Of a DNA stretch of 64,000 nt, positions 11,029 through 24,115 are shown one piece after another. Made by a program: the position numbers and the translations under genes. Every line of letters starts with the position of its first letter. Within the stretch, counting starts at the first letter, position 1. The notes under the pieces were generated by a model. That model did not search any database. It was not told the DNA's origin and saw only the letters and a program-made list of their open reading frames with translations. The stretch is from Phaeosaccion multiseriatum (Eukaryota > Protista > Ochrophyta, other classes). The stretch spans positions 868,001-932,000 of the forward strand of contig OZ218959.1 in assembly GCA_965112735.1 (NCBI GenBank), written 5' to 3'.

Positions 11029-11855
11029 ATGACTCCTCGATGCGGCTGCAGCGCCGTTTTGCTCGTGCTTGTACTCTGTGCTATGGTCAGCAGCTCCTGT
11101 ACCCTTGCCTTCACCTTTTCCCCCTCAGCTGCGGCAGTGGCCTCGTCCAAGCAGCACCAAAGGCGGCAAGGGATTTCAAGAGGAGCTGTGCGTGCGCTAT
11201 CCCAGCTCCAGAGCCAGACGGGCGAGGCGAGGGACCTCAACAGTGCCACCACGAGCAGTAGCAGTAGCAGCCGGAGCAGCATCTTCGGGACATTACCTTC
11301 CCCGGCAAGAATGGCCGCGGCAGCATCAGTCCTGGCAACAACAGCGGCAGCGGGCCCTCTGGTGTCACTGGCAGCGGAGGTGGCGGCGGAGCTGAACGAG
11401 TACGGGGAGGAGATTATCCCATCAGAAGACCTCCCCCCTATGTGGATTCCCCTTGCGCTGGGGGTGCTGGTGGCAGGCGGCGTTGGTTGGCTCCAGGTAT
11501 GTGCATCGGCGCTTCATTTCATCCTGCTCCATCTGTCTGTGTAGTTTGATGCTGAATACATGTGTCCATACACAAATACACACACACACACACACACACA
11601 CTTTCGTGCTTAAATGCTTCCCGAGTGAAGCGCGACTAAACTCGTCCCTTTCTTTGTGTTTCTCGCGCTGTTCATTCCATCCGAACCGCTGTGTCGCGGC
11701 TTCTTGGCTGGCTTTGCTCTGCGTGTGTGCGTGTGTGCGTGCCACAGCTGAGCCTGGGGGGCGTGATGGACAGCGAGGCCCAGCTGGGGCAAATGTCGGG
11801 GGCCAGGGCCGCCAAGCAGAGCGCCAGGAACCGCAACATGTTCAAGAAGAAGTAG
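11029..11855 (+). CDS. Small plastid (thylakoid-type) single-pass membrane protein (exons 11029-11496, 11748-11855)
   Basis: Signal peptide plus TLA-F motif, Ser-rich transit peptide, Ala-rich lumen-transfer-like segment, TM segment LPPMWIPLALGVLVAGGVGWLQ, then LSLGGVMDSEAQLGQMSGARAAKQSARNRNMFKKK*. From memory this resembles a conserved uncharacterised diatom/ochrophyte protein. Confidence 0.75.
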
Positions 11856-13193
11856 ACGAACCGCACGTATGTTGGCAAACCACAACCACAAAGACAACAC
11901 GAGAGTAAATCACGAGTGACCATCGACTGCCTTGGTAGTGGGCTCAGAGAAGACGACCTCACGCCAGATGGCGCTTGCACATCCTTCATCCTTCCTATGC
12001 CTTGGCCCGAAATGAACACGGGCAACACTACCTGAACCCAAGAGAGGAGACGAGAGAGGACAGCGGACCGTTCCTCCCAGTCCGTGTGGCAAGGGGAGGA
12101 GAGTGGGAGACCATCAGACCAGGACGGGCTCGAGTGGAGAGTAGCAAAGACGCGGTAGCGAGAAGCAGCATCGGGCGTTCGCTTCGCTTGGTACACCGCC
12201 TGCGATCTGACACTTCTTTGTTCGATGGGGCCTCGAATCCCTTAAATGTATTTAGTTACTTCACTCGATTTGCGTAAGAATCGCCAAACCGGTTGGTTAG
12301 AGAGAGAGAAGCACTATAGCTCTTCGTGTAGCTCTTTGAGATGCCTACCGACACGTAGTCTTTCGGCTTTCATCCCTTTTCCCCTTCCCTGCTTGTCAGC
12401 ATTTCTGCAAGAGCACTCCCCTTGCCAAAAATGGCAGAGCAGAAGAGCAGTATCACCCCCACTTTGGCCCATAATCTTCCAAATGCACCTGTCCCCGGGG
12501 GGTTGTGGGCGGAAGGGGAGCCTCTTTCCTCATTTCCATGAGTCCGGCAGTGGGGAGAGTTGTGGGGCGGAGACTGGGCTCTCATGCACTGGCAGCCGTG
12601 GGAGCAGTAGGCGGTAGTGGCTGTCCAGCGTCCGGGCCGCCGCCTTTCGCAGGAAGAAGGGGCTACAAAAGGTGGGTGGGCAGAAGGGAGAGAACGCATG
12701 TGACGAAGGGCGAATGGAGAGACGACGCGGGGAGGGGGGGGGCGAAGGCTACAAAAGGTGTAGCATGTCCTTGTGGGAGCGGCCGTCGCCCGAAGAATTG
12801 CAATAGACGGCTGCCGTACGGAGAAAGAGTGGGGGGAGCATCAATGCTATCTGCCACTGGCCAGGATCTTATTCACACAGCCGCAGCAGCAGCAGCAGCA
12901 GGGCAAGGGGTGATGCTTTCTTGGTTCGGGGGTGTAGCCTGCGTCCTCCATGCCCTGCGACGCTTCTGGTCTGCCTCTGTAGCCGCACTTTAGGGAAATT
13001 TTAGCCCTCTTCTGTCCACCCATCATCATCCGACTCCCATCAAAACGGGCAGGAGTTGCATATATCGCGCCACCCATATCAAATCCCGGCAGACAACGGA
13101 GCATATCTCCGTCGTTGCTGCAAGAACGACATGCGCCAGGCGCCATGATTCCCTCGCTCACGCTCTGCCTCCCTCCCTCGTTTTGCCCTGCAG

Positions 13194-15681
13194 GACACTA
13201 GCGTCGTCTGCCTCCCGCGCAGCCGCCTTGGCCGTCTCGTCCAGGCCTCGCCCTTCTGGCTGCAGGCACGTCCACAGCTCCACGCGTTGGCTGAACGAAG
13301 GCGGAGACAAGGGCGGGAATAGTGGGGGGGCAGGAGCAGACGAGAGCGGAGGAAGCTCATCATCTGTCGCTGTCTCTGCTGCTGCTTCTCCGGACGGCCC
13401 AGGGGCGGGAGAAGATGAGATATGGAACGAGGGCGAGGAATGGGAAGAGGGGGAGTGGATGGACGTGGAGGAGTACATGGACGTCGTTCGGAAGAGGGAG
13501 GAGGAGGCCGAGCACAGCGACGGGACAGAGTTCAGAGCACCCAGCCACCTCAAGTTCGACAGGCCATGGGGCAACATCATGGAGGACGAGGACTTCACCG
13601 AGAAGCAGCCTGAAAGGACCATTGTTCTGACGGATAAGCAGGAGTCGCAGATCGACTACAGCTCGCACCCCAGGTACAGGCGGTACCTGCGGGTGGTGGT
13701 CAAAGGTGCGCCTCTCACAGCCTCTGCGGAGGAGGTCGCAGAGGCCTTCGCTGACTTCGAGCCCGACGAGGTCAAGGCCATTGACACCAAGAAGGGCAGG
13801 TTCAATCTCTACTTCAGCACGCCCGCTCGGGCGGAGGAAGTAGTGAGCGCGTGCCAAGCGAAGCAGGTAAGAGGATAACAAATTGAACCAACGTGCAGTC
13901 TTTCGTTCTCGCGTCCTCTCCCTGCGTCTCTGGTCTCTCTTGGGCTTTCTGCGAGGCTACCTCCCCCCTCCCCTCTCACACCTACCCTCTTTTCCATTTC
14001 CCCTCAACAGTTGTCGATCAGGAAGCAGCCGCTGACTGTCAAGCTCGCGCAAAAGCGACCAAAGACTGCCGAGCAGCACGAAATGGCGTATCGGGCCAAT
14101 CTGCCCAGTCTTGACGCCCCGGGGGGCTCGTCGGATCACGACGCAGTGACGGACCTTGAGGTGGTGGAGCGATTCCTCATGGGGGAGCCCATCGAGAGCC
14201 TCGGTGTGGGCGGGCCCGAGGACTTCCCAGAGTTTGAGGAGAGCATGCAAAGGATGGAGCTGCGCGTGGAGGCATTGAAGGAGGCAATGGACTCGTCGCT
14301 CAGGCCCTCTTACGGCCAGCCGTTCGACTGGTGAGTCCACTGAGGCGTGTGGGTGGGGATGGAGGGGAGGGTCACCGGCTGAAGAGTGCTGCAGTAGCCA
14401 AAGGCCTCCGGTTTCCCTTCCTCGCTGCCTTGGCCGCGCAGCTTGCAGTTTGCAGTTTGCAGTTTGCATGCCTCTGGGGATTGGGACGGCCTCTCTCCAT
14501 AGTCGTGGTCAGGCACCACCCCCTGACATACAGGGTATTTGCTGTGTCCTTCCAATGATCCATCCGTCCATCCCAGGCAAGAACCCGACGTGGAGGATGT
14601 GAAGCGCATGCAGGCACAGCTCATTCGCCTCAAGACGCGGGAGAGGAACCGCGAGCGAGAGGCCAAGCGCATCGCTGACCTCCGTGCAGCGGGTGTCGAC
14701 GTGACGGACATTAGTGAGGACTGGGCCGCGCAGGAGGAGGAGCGCGAAGAGTTCGAGGAGCTCGAGGATGAGGAGCACGAGCATGACAGCGACCCGGAGG
14801 CGCAGGGGAAGGACTTTTGGCTGCGGCAAGACGAGTTCGAACGCGCCTCTCGCCAGAGCCTGCCCTCGCGCATGCAGCTGCTCATGGGCAACTGGGGGGA
14901 GGTCATCGTTGACACGGGGAGGGTGTCCAAGGTGAGCGGCCGTGTCGTGGGGGGGGGGGGGCTGACAAGTGGACACGGGGCATCAAAAGGAAGGCGTGTG
15001 GACTTGGCTGTAGGCTTCGCTTGGCGAGTCTGGATGGGTAATTATTGATCTGACTGGGTGTATGGAAGGGGGGCGGATTTTCGCACGCGGGAGTGAGGCA
15101 GGAAGGCGTTCGTCGAAGTCAGCGTGTGTGCACAAGGGTTTATGTGTTTGCTGTCATTGGACCGCCGCGTTTGTGCGGCAGGGGAGGGGCGGAGGGGACA
15201 CAAAGCAAGAGATAGTGAAATAGTGGTATAGACGCTCGCGGGGACCACTCATGCTTGGGGCGGGGCTTGCTGGGGTCAAAATGACTCCGTTACGGCAAAT
15301 ATGCCTCGTCTCTCGCCGGCCTGCATCTGCAACCCGACCGCGAGCCAGAGCAATTCCTTGAATCAACTGCGGCTCTCGCTATGTCACCAGAAGCGCCATG
15401 TCTTCTGCACGACACGATAGAGATCGTACATGTCCTGCCTCACCTTACCCTCGGCTCTGTCACTGACATTGTCATGTCAGCGCTCTCCTTCATTGTCGTG
15501 TGAGCCCTCTCTTTCTCTCCCTGACTCTTAACATTTGTGCCCCCCCCCCCCCCTGTGTGGAATGTTGCGTGCCCACTTCGTTTGTGTTTGTAGAAAGTAG
15601 CGACGGGCTCCATCAACCGCTTCAGGGCCCTCGTCGTCGTAGGGAACGGAAACGGCGTTGCGGGCTTTGGGACAGGAAAGG

Positions 15682-15717
<36 letters not shown>

Positions 15718-16729
15718 TTTGTGACCCTGATCCTGACTGACCCCCAGTCACTCAATCGAAAAAATTCTCCCGCATCTTGTCTTGTAGTGGTGTTTGTCTT
15801 TGTGCTCCACACCTGCTCTGCTGTCGCTTTTGCCTGGCTTGGTGTTCTGCCGTTCGCCGTCGTCTTCACTCACCCCCTTCCCTCCCTTACCTCCCGTCCA
15901 CAGTCCGGCGATCTCAAGGGCGCGCTCATCAAGGCCCAGCGAGACGCCAAGCGCAACCTCATCTACGTGCCGCGCTTCAAGCACAGAGCGCTTCTCCACG
16001 ACCTGCACGGCAAGCACAACAACTTGATTGTGAGTGAGCAGTGGAGGGAGGGGTCAGCGGGGGTTTGGGTGCCGCCAAATAGCAGGGAGGAGGAGGGCAG
16101 AGCAGTGCACTTGCGGGGGGGAAGGAAGGAACGCCCATCCCACTCTCTTCGGAGCACATGGGACTCGGATTGCCCTCCGAAGATCCCAACCTCACTTGTC
16201 CTTCGCCCTCTACCCTGTCCATATGCCTGCAGGTGAACATCTTTAAGCGTCCCGTGGGGGGCGGGCTGCACGCCGGAACTCTCGTGGAGGAAATTCTCAA
16301 GCTCTTCGGCATCGCTGACGCAACCGCCAAGACGCACGGCAGGTAGCTGCCTTTGAAGAGGGGAGGGGTATGCCTGAGTAATTATGTTGCGTGGTAGGTA
16401 CATCGATGCCTCCCCGTCCCTCCAATCCCTCCGAGCATTTGAGGAGTTGATGACAACTCACTCTCACTCCTCACTCGCGCTCCCTCAGGCGCAACCCCTA
16501 CAGCATTGTGCGTGCCACCTTCAACGCCTTGGCGCAGCACAAGGGCCTGGAGGAGATGGCGCTGGGCAGGGGCGTGCGTGTGCTGTCGCTGGTGAGGGAC
16601 GTCAACCCCTACACCATGCGTGTGGACAACATGGAGCGCTGGAGGGACGAGGCCATTATTGAGGACATTGAGCGCAACAAGGAGGAAAAGCAGCGCAAGC
16701 AGGCGCCGGAGAACAGATTCAAGCAGTGA
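13194..16729 (+). CDS. MRPS5: Mitochondrial ribosomal protein uS5m with a long N-terminal extension including an RRM-like domain (first exon and start uncertain; possibly ATG at 12913)
   Basis: Spliced uS5 core: VIVDTGRVSK|KVATGSINRFRALVVVGNGNGVAGFGTGK|SGDLKGALIKAQRDAKRNLIYVPRF..HGKHNN|VNIFKRPVGGGLHAG..ILKLFGIADATAKTHGR|RNPYSIVRATFNAL. The N-terminus is rich in Arg/Ser/Ala, like a mitochondrial presequence. Confidence 0.87.
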
Positions 16730-17128
16730 GGGCTCGTTGCTTGTGCTTGGGCTTGGTGCTTCGGGTCTGTCCTTGGGTTGAAGTGTCATGAGCGGCGACA
16801 AAGCCTCAAGGCTTTCTGTCCGTGGCCACAGGTGACCGGGGGGGGGGGTCGTGACGCCTTCACCGCCAAGGCAAAAGAGCTCAGCGCGGAGGAAGCGCAC
16901 AGACCAAACGAAAGCGCTGTGTGGTCTCACCACGCCTTGGTCAACGCTGCCAAAATGGAATCAGATCCTCGCCTGCTACCTATATGGTCGCAAGCGACGA
17001 ACCACCAAGATGATGATGAGAGGGTTCTTAAATAAGAAGACTTTTCCTTTTTCAGAGAAGTTTCCGGTTTCTGTGATCTGCCCATCACACCACCAACACG
17101 CAACCTTACCGACCACTCGGAACCGCGG

Positions 17129-20100
17129 ATGGATCAGCCGCCCGAGAATGCGGTAAACGGGGGAAAGCCGCAGCTCTCGAGGGTAGGAAGCAATTCAGAG
17201 CAGGTAGAGCAGGCGCAACAGGAGCAGGGGCACGAGAAGCATGGGCAAAGTCAAGGGACGGATGGTAAACGGGACACGCAGAGGAAAAAACAGAAAAAAA
17301 AACAGCAGCCACAGCAGCAGCACGAGGAGGGGGAGAAGCAACAAAAGCAAGAGCAGCCGGAGTATAAGAAGGGTGAGGGACACCCCAAATTCTACTCCAC
17401 ACTCTACAGCCGGCTCCGAGACGCCTACAACCCTGTCCTCGGGACCGTCGACCCGTACACCTGTGCTTACACGATGCAGCTCTGCGTGAACGACTTCAAG
17501 TTCAGGGGCCAGGTTAGTGTGTGGAGAAGGGGGAAGGTTGGGGATTCAGTGATGAGTCAAGCAGCAGCGCGTGGGGGTGCGAGTAAGGTGGAGAGAGGGG
17601 GAAATGGAAAGGGAAGGAGGGATGGATCCCGAGCATTGCGAGGTATAGAGACAGAGGGGCGCGAAGGATAGGCATCGGACGGAGGGTAAGAAAAGTATTT
17701 GTGAGGCAGAGAGAAGAGGATGGTAAACCTCCATGAGAGGGACCACAGGTGTGGGAAGGGGGGGAAATGTCACTTTGCTGAACGCTCTCTCGACCTCCCC
17801 TCGCCATCCCATACGCACGCGTACACACACACGCACCACCACATACACACATACACATGCAACCACACACACACACACACTTGTACACGTCCGCAGAATA
17901 AGGCCCTGCGGCGGTCCTCCCTGCGGATGGACTTGCAGCGCGCGCAGGCAGAGCTCATGCAGCAAGGTCAGTGCTCCACATGCTCAGTGGCCAGAGCAGT
18001 CAAGTGCAGCCAAGGGCACTGGGGGTTCTCGGGCCAGGGCAGGCGGAGGAAAGGAGGGGGCGAGGAGGCAGGGCCGGCAGACCGGCACACCGGCAGACCG
18101 GCAGACTGTCTGTCTCGGAGCAGAGCAGTCCTCCGTCCTCCGTCCTCCGTATTGCCGGCGCTCTGTCTGTGTCTTTCGCCCTCCCCACATGTCATGGCCC
18201 GCCCCCCTTATCGCATGCCTTCGCTTCAAACTTTCACACGCACACATACACACACATGTATGCACACACACTGTCAGTAGGAATGCCTCCTGGCGCCCTG
18301 CTCTCGGTGCTGCTGGGCGTGCTGGAGTGCCTCTGTCTGGAGACGAGCACTCAGGTCCACCTGGACACCGTCACAAGGCCCCTGGCCATGCGCCTCCTCG
18401 AGTCCATGGGGGACAACAAGGCCGCCTACCCCACTTGGGGACAGCCGGACTTCCCGTATGCCTCTATGCTGGACTTTCTCACCAGGGGGTGCGCTGCCCC
18501 CTCGCCGGGGGTGATTACGGCCGCTGCTGCGGAAGCGTCCGCCGCTGCTGCCAAGGCTGCCGAAGAGGCGGAAGCTGCGGTGGCCACAGCTGCGGCTAAG
18601 GCCAAGGCAAAGGCTGCATCTGAGGACCGCTTTGCTCCGCCCTCGGAGCCGGAGCGAAGTGGGGGGCCGTCCGAAGGCGCGGAGGTGCAAGGGGTGGAGG
18701 GAACGGGGGGGGGGGGGGTGAATGCACGCACTGCCACTCCAGTCCGAGCTGTGGTGTCTCTGAAGAATCAAAAGAGAGATATGATTGCTCCAATGGCGGC
18801 GGCGACGGCGTCAACCCACGAGCAAACGGCCTTGAACCAAGCAACTCAGTCTGCCCGCCCCCCCTCGGGAACACCACACAACAGGCCCTCGCCCCGCCCG
18901 CCCCTCCCTCCGCCACCGCCGCCATAGCATTGGCAGCACCAGCACCAGTATCCTCGCCCTTGGACGCGGCTGCAGCGGCGGCGGCGGTTCTGACGGAAGC
19001 GGCGCTCACCGCCCGCAGAGGAGATACGCTGCCCCTGTCCTACGCCCTCGCCCCCTCCACATACGACTGCAAGATCTTGCTGGGCCTGCTCCGCCTCCTG
19101 CACGTCAGCGTGGTGTACGGCTCGCTGGAGGAGGCGCTGCTGCTGCCCATGCTGCTGCGTGTGAGGCACGCCAAGGACTGGCCCTCTCTCACGGGGCTCG
19201 TCCTGCAGGTGGGGCCACACCACTGCCGACACTGGGGGCTGGACATCGAGCAGGTGGGAGAGTAGGAGGGGGAGAGAGGGGAGAGCTTACCGGACTGGGC
19301 GGGGTGGGGACAGACTGAGACTGCTTTCCTGTTTGCTGCCTCTCTCCCACGTCAAGCAGAAATGTTGTCAAGAGGAGAGCATGTCTGTTTTCTCTCTGTG
19401 CCGAGGGTTTCCAGCGAGTCATTTTCGCTTCCTTTGCCCGACTCCTTCCACGGTGCCCCATCCCCTGACTTCAGTCCTGTGCTCCTTCGCCCCCCCTGCC
19501 CCCCAAGGTCATTGTTGAGATGGTCGCTGCCCAGCGGTGGGCGCAGGCAGACGTTCTGGCGACGCTGTACTGCTTCTCTCTGCAGGATGCCGCACCCGCG
19601 AGGGTGTTTCTCGGGCTGTGTGTGGAGCAGAACGAACTGAAGCAGGCGTCGAACTTCCTCAGAAAGGTCAAGGCGGGAGGAGGGCCCGGCACCACTGGCC
19701 CAGGCCGTGCTGCTGGGGACATGGCGGGAGAGCCCTTTTCCAGGGGGGACAACTCGTGTGGGCAGATGCTCTGCTTCGAGTTCGCCTTTGTGACTGTGCT
19801 GGAGAGGCACAGGGCCATGGCCAAGCTTGTGCGGCAGGGCAAGTGGAGGGTGGCGGAGGCAAGGGTACACAGGGACACCGAGGCACAGAAGTTCCTCATC
19901 AGGGAGCTGCTGCAGCTTGACTGGGAGCAGCAGCAGGAGGAGCTCCAGCAGAAGCCGCAGCAGCAGCAACAGCAGCAGCAGCAGCAGGAGGGGGAGGAGG
20001 AGCAGCAGCAGCAGGAGGAGAAGCAGCAGCAGCAGGAGGAGGAGGAGGAGAAGGAGGAGAAGGAAGAGGAGCAGGAGGGAGAGGTGGCGTGTGTGGTGCC

Positions 20101-21772
20101 CTGCGGCTGCCGAGGCGATCTGGAGGCGGCCTACCAACTCATGCAGCAGTGGGGCCTGGGGGACGCACCGGACCTGCCCCGCATCAGCGCGCAAACGGCA
20201 CAGGCTGCCCGGCGGAGGCGCAGGTGCAAACACCTCACGCTGCCTGCAGAGGGCGTTCATGTCGTGGTGGTTGACTCGCCAGAGACGCTGCTGCGGGCGG
20301 AGAAAGAGCTGCTTCTGCCACTGGTGGGGGAGGGCCAGCCAGTGATCGGCCTTGACGTGGAGTTCAGGCCCGATTTTTACAAAGGAAGGGGTGGGGGGAG
20401 TGGCTATGGCGGAGGAAGAGGAGGAGCGAGAGGCGGCGGGAGAGGCGGAGGAAGGGGGAGGGGGGGGCGAGGGGGCGGGGGAGGAGGAGGAGGAGGAGAT
20501 GGAGGGGAGAAATCCCAACAAAAAGCAGCTCTTCTGCAAGTCTCCACCCGCTCCACAGTGCTGCTCTTCGACCTGCAGGAGCTGTTGGCCAGCAGCAGTG
20601 ATATGGGCAGCCCGCACGACGACTCCTTCGCGAGGGCCGCGGCTCTGTCTCGCTTCAGTGACACGCCCAACGTTCGCTCGTGGGTGGAGGCGCTTCTCAG
20701 CCATAGCCTGGGCGGGGAAGGTATCGTCAAGCTGGGCTTCGCCTTTGCGGGGGACTTGGCCCTCCTGCGTGCCTCCTGGCCGAAGCTCAAGTGTTGGGCC
20801 ACCGTGGCTCCGATCGTCGATGTGGGGGTGCTCAGTCGGACGCTCTGCCCAAGCAAGGGCCGGGGTAGGGAGGGTAACAACCCAGGAGGGCAGGCTTTGT
20901 CCGACGTGTGCAAGCGTTGGCTCGGCCTTCCTCTTGTGAGTGTGTGTGTGTGTGTGTGTCACCTCTTTTGAGACACCCCTCCTGCTGCTGCCGCTGCTAC
21001 TGCTGCTATTACCGCTGTACTGCTCTTCTGGATGGAAGTGCTGTCTTCGTCGTTTTTCTTGTTGTTGTTGTTGTTGTGGTGGTGGTGGTGGTGCTTACTG
21101 CTACTCTCGACTTGCTCACGCCTGTCCTCTCCCCCCCTCTCCCCCCCCTTCTGCCGCCCTCCCCCCGCTGCCTGGTGTCAGGATAAGTACGAGCAGCTCT
21201 CCGACTGGTCCCGTCGGCCTCTGTCAGCGCCGCAGCAGCACTACGCTGCCCTAGATGCGCACTGCCTCGTCACCATCTTCGACCGGATGGCCTCAGCCGT
21301 CGCCGCTGATGCAGGGGGCGCGCCACTCGCGGAAAGGTGGTGAGTAAGTCAGCGAAGTCAGCGAGTGACTCAGTGGTTGGAACTCAGGCAAACAAGCACG
21401 CAGCCAGAGCAGGCAGCACTGGAAGCTGCGTTGTGCAGCAATCCGTTCCCATGGAGGTGGCCATGGCTTTGTCTTGTTGGGTGGATGAATTGGGCCCCCA
21501 TGGCTTTGTCTTGCTTGCCGCCGCCGTGCCCCTCTGCATCGTCGGGTCGGGGAGGAGGAGCGGAGGGGAGCGGTTTCATTTATTCATCCTCTTCCTTTTC
21601 CTTCGTATTGCAGTCCCTCGTTCGCTGCGGCCACGCCCCTGCTGTAGTTGAGCAAGCTGTGAACACTCCTCCTCTCAATTCTCTGTAAGGTGACAGCATT
21701 TCCTCCCTCTCTTTTGTGCCCAGGTTTGAAGACTGCCCGGCATTGGCGAGCGAGAGCGTGCCAAGAATCTGA
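17129..21772 (+). CDS. EXD3: EXD3/Mut-7-like DEDDy 3'-5' exonuclease (multi-exon; last exon 21724-21772 inferred)
   Basis: ExoI VIGLDVEFRP, ALLQVST..VLLFDL, IVKLGFAFAGDL (ExoII), LSDVCKRWLGLPL|DKYEQLSDWSRRPLSAPQQHYAALDAHCL (ExoIII). Confidence 0.8.
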
Positions 21773-22020
21773 GTCGCTGCCCTCCCGTGGGCCGATGGAA
21801 CGGGGGGCGTAGCAGGAGCGACTTGTCCAGTTATTTGGGGGGGCTGTATGATTATATCCGATTATTTATTTGGTCGTTAAAAGTTTGTGTTTGCAGCTTC
21901 GCTGCATCATCTATGCCTCTATCATGTGTGGCTCTTCTATTTACAGGTATACAGACACGATCAATGCCACTATTCATCTCTCCTACTCCTCGTCCTACTA
22001 CGACTACTACTTAACGTCTC

Positions 22021-22112
22021 CTCCTCCTCCTCCTCCTCCTCCTCCTCCTCCTCCTCCTCCTCCTCCTCCTCCTCCTCCTCCTCCTCCTCCTCCTCCTCCT
22101 CCCCCTCCTCCT
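22021..22112 (+). repeat. (CCT)n microsatellite
   Basis: Seen directly. Confidence 0.95.
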
Positions 22113-22388
22113 CCTTCTCCTTAAATGGCCCGTGTACACAAGCGTTCAGCGCTGCACTAACCGAGCAAGGAGTGATGCTCCACCGCCCGTCCCTGCCCCT
22201 TACAGCAGGCAAGCACCAGAACAAAAAGGCGAGCCAACCTAAACCGAAGCCAACCGCAGCTGCTGCTGGCAGAGCACCAACAGCTGCTGCCTGCCCTCCC
22301 TCCCGGCGCCCCTTGGGAAGTCTCAACGGCGCATCAGCCAGAGCGTGGATCAGTCGCTCCCTCCTGAGGCCAGGCCCGCACGCTCCTC

Positions 22389-23057
22389 TCACCCCACCCC
22401 GTTGGCAGTAACCTCAGCAGCCTTTAGACCCCACACGCTCGGCTCCGTCTTGCGCCGGGCCGGAGCTGTTGACGACAGTGCACACGCAGCGAGACCTGAC
22501 CCGAGGATGCGGTAGGGCTGAATCTCTGGAACACTTGGACCCGTGTAGCGCCGGGTATGGACGGACTGGGCCTGCTGGGAATGCACTGCGGCGTCGAACA
22601 CCATGTCGCTATACGTGTCGCCTTGCTTGTCGCCCTTCTGGTGCATCGACTGAGTCCGTCGAAGCGCCCTCTCCTTCCTCTTTGCCTCGTCACCGCTCTC
22701 TGCCCCGTCTGCCTGCTCACTGCAAGTGTTGGCTTGTGCCGGAGAGGCTCTCTCCCACGGCAATGGCACCATGAGGGCCAACTCCATGGCTTCCACGTCG
22801 TCATTTCCCTGTGGTGGCTCTCCTGAGGCCAGCGGCTTGCCCGCATAGATGGTGGGCAGGGCCAGAGTCTGAGACTGAGACTGTCGGTGTGGGGCGGCGC
22901 TTTTGCGCGACACCAAGGGTGCCAATGGAGCCTCCGAGGTGGACTTGCCTTTAGGCTTTTCTTGCTCCCCCTGAAAGGAATGTGGAGGAGCACCTCGATC
23001 CCTCCTCTTGCCTCCCTTCTGCTGCTGCTGCTGCTGCTCTTGCTGCTCTTGCTGCTC

Positions 23058-23091
<34 letters not shown>

Positions 23092-23816
23092 GGCCACCAT
23101 CGTTCTTGCTCCAGTCGCTCTTGCTCCCAACGCTCTTGCTCCTTCTGCCTCGTGGCCACCAACACGGCCACAGATGCAGTTGCCTCCGAGCGCACTTCTC
23201 CCTCCTCGCCTGCAATGAGGAAGGTACACCCTTGTCGTATGTAGCCGCTGTGACAGCTGCTGCCACTGCTCCTCTTAGTAGAACCACCATCTCCTGCTTT
23301 ATCAAAGATCAGCGGATGCGCGGGCTGGGCAGAACCTCTCCTCTGCGCATAGTTCTTCCCAGCGCTGCCATCCCCCACGGCAAACGAAATCTTGCCTGTA
23401 CTGTTCCTGCGGCTGCCCAGCCACCCTCCCGAAGACGCGAGTTTCTGCAAGGTGCTAATCCTGCTCCTTGAGCCGCTGCCGTGGTAGCTGCTAGTGGCGC
23501 CCCACCTCCCCGCCTGTCCCTCAGCCCCAGCCTCGGCAGGAACGTCGACGAAACGGCCTGGAGACGACATGGTGAGGGATCGCTGGTTCCGAACTTCTTC
23601 GGCCCGTCTGGCCTCTTTATGGGCAACCGGGGTGAACAGGGAGAGGGCGCGCTGTCGCTGCTCCTCTCCTTCAACTTTTCCTTGCCCTTCCCCGACGTGG
23701 GCCATATCAACTTCCGCTGGCGCGCCTACTCCGTTCTCCGCCGCACCTTCCTCCTCCTCCTCCTCCATTTCCGCCCCATCGAATGCGGCATGGGCGAGGC
23801 TCACGCCCCCGCCCAT
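22389..23816 (-). CDS. Unknown low-complexity protein with polyQ tract and possible N-myristoylation (MGGGVS)
   Basis: Single open frame of about 475 codons from the ATG at 23816; MGxxxS N-terminus; no recognisable domain. Confidence 0.55.
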
Positions 23817-24115
23817 TGTCCCTTCGCGAGCTCTCGTTGGCGGCTGCTGCTCTTGGCCTTGCACGAGTGAGCTCGGGGAGATTTTAGTGCTCCGCTACCG
23901 GCTCTGCTACCGCTCTGCTACCGCTCTGCTACCGCTCTTCTACCGCTCTTCTACCGCCCTACAAACATGAGTTGCTCCTCGTGCTCGCGCGCCTCACTCA
24001 TACATGTACAGGCACCTTCTACATTGGAGCGAAGGGAAAAAAAAGGGACGTTTTTGTGGATAGAAATTCTGAAACGGCCATTTTTCCGCTTCGTTTCCAC
24101 ACATTTACACATTTA

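Noticed and set aside
14932-15593. Intronic snoRNA in the long uS5m intron
   Set aside because: No convincing C/D box pair or H/ACA double hairpin could be identified by eye.
19352-20962. Long antisense ORFs (536 aa here; also 39285-40430, 8120-8959, 60099-60983)
   Set aside because: They are shadows of GC-rich coding exons on the opposite strand.
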